Positions 27,537 through 35,371 of a stretch of DNA of 64,000 nucleotides are shown piece after piece. The stretch comes from Nanobdellota archaeon. Its GTDB lineage: Archaea > Nanobdellota > Nanobdellia > SCGC-AAA011-G17 > JAFCDX01. Where the stretch lies: positions 58,584-122,583 of the forward strand of contig JBFMDT010000001.1 in the NCBI GenBank assembly GCA_040753775.1, written 5' to 3'. Positions within the stretch are counted from its first letter, which is position 1. The number at the start of each line of letters is the position of its first letter. Below the pieces are notes generated by a model that saw only the letters and a program-made list of their open reading frames with translations, did not search any database and was not told where the DNA came from. A program made the translations under genes and the position numbers.

Positions 27537-29336
27537 ATGTCAAAAGAGGAAACCTATGTTGTTGATACTTCAGTTGTAATAGAACGTATTGTTTCTAAAC
27601 TGATTAAAAACAAGGAAATAAAAGGTACTATTCTTGTTCCGCATGCAGTTCTTGCAGAGCTGGAGCACCAGGCAAATGAAAGAAAGGAAATAGGCTTTCT
27701 TGGCTTGGAAGAGCTGCAAAACCTGCAAAAGTTGGCAAAGGATGGAAAAATAGAGCTTAAGTTTATTGGGACAAGACCAAACTTATATCAAAGGATTTAT
27801 GCAAAAAGCGGCGGTGAAATAGACGCCTTGATAAGGGACCTAGCTTATGCAGAAGATGCAACCTTGATTACAGCAGACACAATACAAGCAGAATCAGCCA
27901 AAGCCCTCAATGTAAAAGTTCTATATTTTGAATTAAAAAAGTCAATAGGCAAATTAGAGATAGAAAAGTTTTTTGACAATACAACAATGTCTGTTCACCT
28001 AAAAGAAGATTGTTTTGTTAGGGGCAAGAAGGGTGGACCTGGAAACTGGCAGTTAGTTGATGTAAGCGATAAAAAATTGACATCTGAGGAAATTGAAGCA
28101 ATGGCAAAGGACATAGTTGAAAAAACAAGATTAGATCCACATTCTTTTATAGAAATCTCAAGAAAAGGCTCAACAATAGTCCAATATAAAAATTACAGGA
28201 TCGTTATTGTCCACCCTCCAGTGTCAGATGGAATTGAAATAACAGCTGTCAGGCCATTAAAAGTCTTAAACTTGGACGATTACAATTTAAAAGAAGAATT
28301 ATTTACAAGGTTAAGAGATAAAGCAAGGGGTGTTGTAATTGCTGGAGAAACTGGAAGTGGTAAAAGTACGTTTGCCCAAGCCCTTGCCGAATTTTATTCA
28401 AAGCTTAAAAAAGTTACAAAAACAATAGAAAGCCCGAGGGACTTAGTTTTGTCAGATGAAATTACGCAATATTCTAAAAATCTTGCATCCTCAACAGAAA
28501 TCCATGACATCCTGTTCTTGTCAAGGCCTGATTATACAATATTTGATGAGATGAGGGACACCCCTGACTTTGAGCTTTATACAGATCTGCGTTTGGGTGG
28601 GGGGAATGTCGTTGGTGTATTGCATGCAGCTGCTCCAATAGATGCTGTGCAAAGGTTCATAGGAAGAATAGAAACAGGAATGATACCATCTGTGCTTGAT
28701 ACCTTATTATTTATCGAAAAAGGTTACATAAACAAAGTTTTAACTCTAAAGATGGTTGTAAAAGTTCCATCAGGCATGACAGAAGCTGATTTGGCAAGAC
28801 CTGTAGTTGAAGTTCGTGATTTTAATACAAATAACTTGGAATTTGAAATATACAGTTATGGTGAAGAAACAGTTGTAGTTCCAGTAACCCGAGAATTAAC
28901 ACCAACATCCCAATTAGCCTCAAAAGCAATAGAAAAAGAATTCCTTAACTACTCAAACAATGTTAAAATAGACCTCTTGTCAGGCAATAAGGCAGTAGTT
29001 TATGTCCCTGAAAAAGATATAGCAACTATTATAGGCAAGAAAGGCAAGAACATAGAAAAGATAGAAAAAAGGTTGGGATTGCATTTAGAAATAAGGGAGC
29101 TAAAAGAAGAAAAGAATGAGATAAAATTTGAAGCAGAAGAAATAAAAAAGCATATTATCCTAAAGGTTCAGCCGTATTTGGCAAGGAGATTAGCGGATAT
29201 TTACGTTGATGATGAGTTTTGGCTCTCAGCAACAGTAAGCGACAAGGGCGAGATAAAAATAAATAAAAAAAGCAAGATGGGAAAAGACATATCAAAGGCA
29301 ATAAACTCAAATAAAAGCATTAGTATTAAAGCATAA
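27537..29336 (+). CDS. PIN-ATPase-KH protein (PINA)
   Basis: VDTS PIN, GETGSGKST, SRPDYTIFDEMR and IIGKKG KH. Confidence 0.92.
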   Translation: MSKEETYVVDTSVVIERIVSKLIKNKEIKGTILVPHAVLAELEHQANERKEIGFLGLEELQNLQKLAKDGKIELKFIGTRPNLYQRIYAKSGGEIDALIRDLAYAEDATLITADTIQAESAKALNVKVLYFELKKSIGKLEIEKFFDNTTMSVHLKEDCFVRGKKGGPGNWQLVDVSDKKLTSEEIEAMAKDIVEKTRLDPHSFIEISRKGSTIVQYKNYRIVIVHPPVSDGIEITAVRPLKVLNLDDYNLKEELFTRLRDKARGVVIAGETGSGKSTFAQALAEFYSKLKKVTKTIESPRDLVLSDEITQYSKNLASSTEIHDILFLSRPDYTIFDEMRDTPDFELYTDLRLGGGNVVGVLHAAAPIDAVQRFIGRIETGMIPSVLDTLLFIEKGYINKVLTLKMVVKVPSGMTEADLARPVVEVRDFNTNNLEFEIYSYGEETVVVPVTRELTPTSQLASKAIEKEFLNYSNNVKIDLLSGNKAVVYVPEKDIATIIGKKGKNIEKIEKRLGLHLEIRELKEEKNEIKFEAEEIKKHIILKVQPYLARRLADIYVDDEFWLSATVSDKGEIKINKKSKMGKDISKAINSNKSISIKA

Positions 29337-29337
29337 T

Positions 29338-31788
29338 ATGAAAAACACAATTTTAATTATTTTTGTTATGTTCGCTTTCTTGATTGTACTATCCTTCTTC
29401 GGCCTGTTCAAGCCTACTGGCCTTGTATCTTATAAGCAGGTAGAAATAGAGAAGCAAGCAGAAAATGAAATAAACAATCTTGGGGAAGCAAGAATAATAA
29501 TTGAATTAAAAGATGAAAAAATAAGTACATTAGCAGAGCCTGAATTCAAAGAAAAGCATAAATTCAAAAAAAGAATTGCCGGCAATCTTACAAAAAAAGG
29601 GCTTTCAAAAATAAAAAATAATCCAAATATAGAAAAAATTTATTTTGACCAGGTGTTGTATGTAATGCTTCCGGATTCTGTGCCGTTAGTACAGGCCTCA
29701 AATGCGCATTCCTTAATTGTTAAAAATAATCTAACAGGAGAAGGCGAATCAATTTGTTTAGTAGATACTGGAGTCAATTATCTGCATCAAGATTTGGGCG
29801 GTTGTTTTGGTACTAATTGCAAGGTTGTATATGGCTATGATTTTGTAAATAGTGACAATGACCCAATGGACGATAATGGTCATGGAACTCATGTTGCAGG
29901 GATACTGGCAGCCAATGGTAATTTAAAGGGCGTTGCACCAGATGCCAAGATAATTGCAATGAAAGTCTGCAACAGTGCTGGCTCATGCTACTCTTCTGAT
30001 GTCCTAGCTGCAATAGATTCGTGTGTAAGCAATAAAAACTTATACAATATTTCTGCAATAAGTATAAGCCTCGGAGGTGGTTTGTATTCCAGCTACTGTG
30101 ACGATTCTTATCCCTTATTTAGCAGCTCAATAAATAATGCAGTATTAAACAATATATCAGTAGTAATATCAGCAGGCAACTCTGGCAGCACTTCCCAAAT
30201 AGCAGTTCCTTCTTGTATAAAAAATGCAATAGCAACATCAGCCACAACAAAGCAGGACCAGATAGCATCCTACAGCAATACAAACAACATAACAGATTTG
30301 CTTGCCCCAGGCTCAAGTATATACTCAACAGCAGGGCCATGCTTAAGCGGATGTAGCTGTTCTGGAAATTACATGACATGCTCAGGGACATCAATGGCAA
30401 CTCCCCATGTTGCTGCATCAATAGCCATCTTAAACCAATACTACAAAGAGGAATACAACAAAGAGATTACATTAATTGAAGCAGAATCAGCATTAAAGAG
30501 CTCAGGTAAATTAATCAATCAGCAGCTAAACCTAAGCAGGATAAATATATATAACACGATTATTGCACTCGATAAAGCTCCACCAGCAGTTTCATTATAT
30601 ATAAGCCAAAATGAAATAACTTATCAGGATAATGTTAATACAACAATAAACTTTTCAGCATCAGACACAACTTTGATGAATTACAAATTAAACATAACTT
30701 ATCCTAACTCAAGTCTGCTTGGAACTTTCACAAATAACCTGACTTTAACAAAAGAAAATCTGACTGAAAAAGGAAATTACACAATCATCTTGTCCGCCTC
30801 TGACCTGAACAACAATTCTGCAATAATCTCTTCAGGCATATTGGTTAAAAACAGCTCAATTCCATCAGTTAGCTTGCTACACCCTGAAGATGATTCAATA
30901 ATAACAACAAGCAATGTTTCACTCTCATGCGCTGCAGCAGACGATTCAGCTTTATCATCAATAAGCCTTTACACAAATATAACTGGAAGCTTTGCTCAAG
31001 CCCAAATAGTTAATGTAACAGGAACAAATAAAACAATGATTTTTGAGATGAATTTAAGCAATATGTCATTTATCTGGAACTGCTTAGCTGTTAATGATAA
31101 AAATAATTCAGCATATGCTTCAAAAAATTATACATTAACAGTAATAATTAACAGCCAGCCATCAATAGACTTTTTTATTCCAGAAAACACTGTAATAACA
31201 ATAAACGAAAATAGTTCCCAACTCCTTTCAATTCTTGCCTCAGACCAGGATAACAACACATTAGACTATGCATGGTACCTTGACAATAATAAAGTAAACT
31301 CTGAAAAAAATTATACCTATTATGCAGACTTTAATTCAGCTGGCACACATAACATAACAGCAATAGTATCTGACTTTTTATCGCAAGACTCAAGAGCCTG
31401 GAATGTAACAGTTAATGACATTCAAGAAACCCCAACCACCCCATCCTCAGGAGGAGGCGGAGGAGGCGGGGGTGGCTCTAGCAAAAATGAGGAAAGCAGT
31501 GAGGAATTAAAAATTACATCAGAAGAATCAAAAACTAAAAGCATTGTTACAACAGCAGCAATTAAAGAAACATGCAATGATGGAATCAAGAACCAGGATG
31601 AAACTGGAATAGACTGTGGTGGAATATGTGAAGAATGTATAATCGACAAAGTTGAGCTTCCTACAGGCATGAGTGTTTACATAGGAAAGGTATTTGGGAA
31701 TATTAATTACAATGTTATTTTGCTTTTGATTCTATTTTTTGCTTTAATAGTCTTAAGGCACAAAAAGCCGCTTAAAAAACAAAAGTAA
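29338..31788 (+). CDS. Membrane-anchored subtilisin (S8) with Ig-like domains
   Basis: DTG, HGTHVAG, GTSMATPHV; poly-Gly linker; C-terminal TM. Confidence 0.93.
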   Translation: MKNTILIIFVMFAFLIVLSFFGLFKPTGLVSYKQVEIEKQAENEINNLGEARIIIELKDEKISTLAEPEFKEKHKFKKRIAGNLTKKGLSKIKNNPNIEKIYFDQVLYVMLPDSVPLVQASNAHSLIVKNNLTGEGESICLVDTGVNYLHQDLGGCFGTNCKVVYGYDFVNSDNDPMDDNGHGTHVAGILAANGNLKGVAPDAKIIAMKVCNSAGSCYSSDVLAAIDSCVSNKNLYNISAISISLGGGLYSSYCDDSYPLFSSSINNAVLNNISVVISAGNSGSTSQIAVPSCIKNAIATSATTKQDQIASYSNTNNITDLLAPGSSIYSTAGPCLSGCSCSGNYMTCSGTSMATPHVAASIAILNQYYKEEYNKEITLIEAESALKSSGKLINQQLNLSRINIYNTIIALDKAPPAVSLYISQNEITYQDNVNTTINFSASDTTLMNYKLNITYPNSSLLGTFTNNLTLTKENLTEKGNYTIILSASDLNNNSAIISSGILVKNSSIPSVSLLHPEDDSIITTSNVSLSCAAADDSALSSISLYTNITGSFAQAQIVNVTGTNKTMIFEMNLSNMSFIWNCLAVNDKNNSAYASKNYTLTVIINSQPSIDFFIPENTVITINENSSQLLSILASDQDNNTLDYAWYLDNNKVNSEKNYTYYADFNSAGTHNITAIVSDFLSQDSRAWNVTVNDIQETPTTPSSGGGGGGGGGSSKNEESSEELKITSEESKTKSIVTTAAIKETCNDGIKNQDETGIDCGGICEECIIDKVELPTGMSVYIGKVFGNINYNVILLLILFFALIVLRHKKPLKKQK

Positions 31789-31821
31789 GTTATTTAAACT
31801 AAAATTTATACCTTATCTTGT

Positions 31822-32001
31822 GGGCCCGTAGCGCAGCCTGGAAATCAAAAAGATTAGGCAAATAGCGTAACAGGTTCCTAAGTCTTTGATGATTAACGAC
31901 AATTTGCCTTGATGGCAGAAAGAGAATTATCTAAGGCTGAAAGACCTGTCGGTCGTGGGAGGTTCTTAAAGAATCCACGAATTCAAATCCCATCGGGCCC
32001 G
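31822..32001 (+). tRNA. tRNA-Arg(CCU) with three introns: 31842-31861 (19/20), 31881-31943 (37/38), 31960-31981 (53/54)
   Basis: Spliced product GGGCCCG...ACAGG-TT-CCT-AA-CCTGT...GTGGG-TTCAAAT-CCCAT-CGGGCCCG; BHB at each junction, relaxed at 37/38. Confidence 0.88.
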
Positions 32002-32020
32002 CTTATTTAAAGAATTGAAT

Positions 32021-32509
32021 TTATTTTGCATCAGGATAATTATTGGGATTAGTCAATCTTTTTACATAAAGTGCATAATTTTTATAAAGAAATTCCAGTT
32101 CACCATCAGTAGTTATGTAATTCCCAACAACTCCGTCGCTCAACCTTATGTTGCTTAATTTGTCTGTCCTCAAAGCAACATATAAAGCTGTATCAGAGGC
32201 TGGTCCTATTGTAAGCTCTATGGTCCCAAGCTTTATAGTAACTCCAGATTTTAGATCATTCACTATCAATTCCTTGGGCATATACCCTAAATTAATATCA
32301 CTTCCTTTGCCAAGAGATAGTTTTACAGGCCCAGTTATTTTTGGCCCTTCAACTACTTTTTGTTGCTCAGCAGACTTATCTTCTGCAACATTAGAAACGT
32401 TCTTAACAACATAGGCTGTGGGTGTACCAGTATTCATGAAGACAGTTGCTAAAATAGCTCCAGCTACAATTACACCCAATATAACCAAAATAATAATCCC
32501 TTTATTCAT
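32021..32509 (-). CDS. N-terminally anchored hypothetical protein
   Basis: N-terminal TM followed by PTAYVV. Confidence 0.7.
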   Translation of the reverse strand: MNKGIIILVILGVIVAGAILATVFMNTGTPTAYVVKNVSNVAEDKSAEQQKVVEGPKITGPVKLSLGKGSDINLGYMPKELIVNDLKSGVTIKLGTIELTIGPASDTALYVALRTDKLSNIRLSDGVVGNYITTDGELEFLYKNYALYVKRLTNPNNYPDAK

Positions 32510-32541
32510 ACAAAAAGAATAATACCTAAAAATATATAAAC

Positions 32542-33261
32542 CTATCTAAACCATCCCAAAATCCAGTTGAGTAATCTTCTAAAAAATCCTTCTTTAACTT
32601 CCTTTATTTCAGTAACCTCACTTGTATTAGTCGCTTGTTTTTGCACTTGTTCGCTTGGGTTTGGATTAAGCTTGCTCGCATCGCAATCTGAATCATCCGG
32701 GTAATAGCAATTGCTTGGGCAGCATTTGTCATTTACAACGCATTCTGTAATTGGTGTTTGTGTGCATTTCTTTGGCTTGCCCTCGCACTTATAGCTTATG
32801 CAAAAATCCCTGTTAGGAATATTCCAACATTCCTCACTGTCACTACATTCATTCAACATGCATTTACTATCAACACAGCTGTAATTTTTCTCGCAACCGC
32901 AATCTGCACAGCAATTTTCTTTTGTTTCAGTCCCATCGCAATTTCCATCTCCACATTCCCCAAAAGCGACGCCTTCAACAGTGGTCAACGCCTCTAACAA
33001 TAACTTTGTGCTCCTTGATTCAACTTCCCCTGTATAAAATATTTCAACAACACTGATCTTTACGCCACTAATATCCTTATTTCCATAAAGCGGAACAATG
33101 TCCTTTACTCCATCAACACTAACAACTACATTCATCTGCCCTATATTAACAACAATAACTTTATGGCCAGAAACAGTTGTTGAGCTGCCTTGGTTATAAG
33201 TCTCTTGTGCAAATACAGCTATAGAAAGTAGGATAATAAAGAATACATAGAATTTTTTCAT
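32542..33261 (-). CDS. Secreted Cys-rich surface protein
   Basis: Signal peptide MKKFYV; CGDGNCD..E..CC.DC; C-terminal GFFRRLLNWILGWFR. Confidence 0.75.
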   Translation of the reverse strand: MKKFYVFFIILLSIAVFAQETYNQGSSTTVSGHKVIVVNIGQMNVVVSVDGVKDIVPLYGNKDISGVKISVVEIFYTGEVESRSTKLLLEALTTVEGVAFGECGDGNCDGTETKENCCADCGCEKNYSCVDSKCMLNECSDSEECWNIPNRDFCISYKCEGKPKKCTQTPITECVVNDKCCPSNCYYPDDSDCDASKLNPNPSEQVQKQATNTSEVTEIKEVKEGFFRRLLNWILGWFR

Positions 33262-33281
33262 AAGATATAAAGTCCTTATTT

Positions 33282-34373
33282 TTATATAAATCTTTTGAAT
33301 TCCTTCATTAGGCCTTTTGCAGTGTAGCCCCAATTTAATTTAGCCACGGACCTTCTTGCATTCTTTCCAAGCTTTGCCCTAAGTTTCTTATTTTTTATTA
33401 GTTTGATTAAAATCTTAGCTAAATAACTGGAACTTTTTTTTGGAATAAAATACCCATTGAACCCATCTTTTATGTAATGCATCATATAGCCAACCTTAGT
33501 GCACAATATTGGCAAGCCGCACCTCATTGCCTCAAGAGTTGCCAAGCTGCTTGTCTCAGTCAGGCTAGGCATAACAAATATATCCATTGCCTGCAAATAT
33601 TTAACAATGTCTTTTGCATTTTTAACTAATTTTATTCTTTTGTTCTTGATAAATAATTTTCTGTAAGGTCCATCCCCAACAATCAACAAGAATTTTTTTT
33701 CGTATTTTAATTTATTGAACGCCTTTAGCAGAGTCTCTAAGTTTTTTTCTCTGCTTAATCTTCCGCAGTATCCTATAACTATCTTATCATCTAAATTAAA
33801 TTTCTTTTTTGTATTTCCTGGGATAAACTCTTTTGATAAGCCAAGCTTAACTACTTTTGTCTTTGCTTTTATTTTGTTTCTTTTTAGTTTTTGCGCAACA
33901 TCATCTGAAGCAACCAATATTAAGCTACATTTGTTATAAATAAGCCTAGCAAGTTTTTTTGTTGTCGTTTTTATCCTCTTTTTGAATAAACTTGGTATGT
34001 AAACAGCCTCTGGAAAGAGCTCCCACTCTATTGAATGTGCATAAGAAATAACTGGCTTTTTTATTTTATTTGCATATAAAACTGTAAGAACACCAATTGG
34101 CCCAGGGGTCTGATTGAATATCAAATCTGTATCTTCGACAAATTTTTTAATCAGGCCTAAGTTAGGTTTAGCTGGCCTATAACCACTAATCCTAAACCTT
34201 GCTAAAGAAAATTTTATTAGTTTTATTCCTTTGTATTTAACTCCGCCATAATTTGGTGCGATAACAGTAATTTTGTAATATTTTCTCAGCCTCGGTATAA
34301 CCTCATCAAGAAACCTGGCTACCCCATCCCACCTAGGCAAAAATGAATCCGTTGTTATAAGAAGTTTTTTCAT
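33282..34373 (-). CDS. GT4 glycosyltransferase
   Basis: DSFLP..DGV, GRLSREK, E-x7-E. Confidence 0.92.
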   Translation of the reverse strand: MKKLLITTDSFLPRWDGVARFLDEVIPRLRKYYKITVIAPNYGGVKYKGIKLIKFSLARFRISGYRPAKPNLGLIKKFVEDTDLIFNQTPGPIGVLTVLYANKIKKPVISYAHSIEWELFPEAVYIPSLFKKRIKTTTKKLARLIYNKCSLILVASDDVAQKLKRNKIKAKTKVVKLGLSKEFIPGNTKKKFNLDDKIVIGYCGRLSREKNLETLLKAFNKLKYEKKFLLIVGDGPYRKLFIKNKRIKLVKNAKDIVKYLQAMDIFVMPSLTETSSLATLEAMRCGLPILCTKVGYMMHYIKDGFNGYFIPKKSSSYLAKILIKLIKNKKLRAKLGKNARRSVAKLNWGYTAKGLMKEFKRFI

Positions 34374-34374
34374 T

Positions 34375-35010
34375 TTAGTTCAGCTTGTAAAATCTCTCGG
34401 CATATTTGCAGTCTAAATGATCTCCATGCAGTTTTGCTCTTGTATAAATGCTTGGCATAAGCTGTAGTATGACATGCCTCTGGCTTTTAAATTCCTTCAA
34501 TGCCTTTATCTTAAGTTCAAAAGTATCGCTAACATCCACATACAACTTGGGGTTTTCAGATTCCTTAAGGTTTGTTATGTTCCACACATCAAACCCGTAA
34601 ATGTAAGTATCAAATTTCATCTCATTAATGCAGGAAATAACAGCTTCATTAACAGCAAGGTGATCTGGAAGTTTATCGCTTGGGCTATGTGTAAATATCT
34701 TTATTGGCCTGTATTTCCTAATTAATTTTTTGATATCATCTTTCACTTTCTCTACATTTTGCTTTATCTTTGAATCAGGTAAACCAAAAAAAATAATGTC
34801 TTTATAACCTAAGATTTTTGCTGCACTCTTTATCTCACTTACTCTTTTTTTAACTATGATCTCTTTTTTCAAATGGCTAATTTCACCATAAGAAAATATA
34901 ACTTCAATTATCCTTTTCTTTTCTTTTACATATTTTGCTAAAGTTGAACCTATCCCAATTATTGAGTCATCTGGATGAGCAACGAAGCATAAAATATTTT
35001 CTTTTTTCAT
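34375..35010 (-). CDS. PIG-L/LmbE-family deacetylase
   Basis: AHPDD, PDH and FKSQ motifs. Confidence 0.88.
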   Translation of the reverse strand: MKKENILCFVAHPDDSIIGIGSTLAKYVKEKKRIIEVIFSYGEISHLKKEIIVKKRVSEIKSAAKILGYKDIIFFGLPDSKIKQNVEKVKDDIKKLIRKYRPIKIFTHSPSDKLPDHLAVNEAVISCINEMKFDTYIYGFDVWNITNLKESENPKLYVDVSDTFELKIKALKEFKSQRHVILQLMPSIYTRAKLHGDHLDCKYAERFYKLN

Positions 35011-35021
35011 CTTAATCAAAG

Positions 35022-35108
35022 TGCGTCAGCTGGGATTTGAACCCAGATCCTCGCCTTGGAAGGGCGAGATATTGGCCCATTTCTGACTAGCCATTATACT
35101 ACTGACGC
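35022..35108 (-). tRNA. tRNA-Gly(UCC) with 15-nt intron at position 22/23 (35072-35086)
   Basis: Cloverleaf after splicing; BHB GGCT-AG|T-CA-GAAA-TG-GGCC-AA|T. Confidence 0.92.
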
Positions 35109-35149
35109 ATAATCAAGAAAAAATTTGGTTGCTTATAAATATTCTCTTT

Positions 35150-35371
35150 TTATTCCTCAGCACACCCATTGCTAAAGCATCCGCCTGCGCATATTTTTAT
35201 ATCAATAGTATCGCAATTTCCATACTGGTAAACAAGCTTGAAATCATCTACGCACCTGTAGCCCATGTCGCATCTCTTTGTATTAAAAGTAAAATAGCCT
35301 GTTGGTGTAAATAAATTGATAAAAATAACTAATAAGATTATTCCAATTACAACATAAAATAATCTGTTCAT
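35150..35371 (-). CDS. Small anchored Cys-rich protein
   Basis: TM, PTGYF, six Cys. Confidence 0.65.
   Translation of the reverse strand: MNRLFYVVIGIILLVIFINLFTPTGYFTFNTKRCDMGYRCVDDFKLVYQYGNCDTIDIKICAGGCFSNGCAEE

Noticed and set aside
31440..31482. GC-rich GGA/GGC run (also at 11885-11910)
   Set aside because: It encodes poly-Gly linkers in surface proteins.
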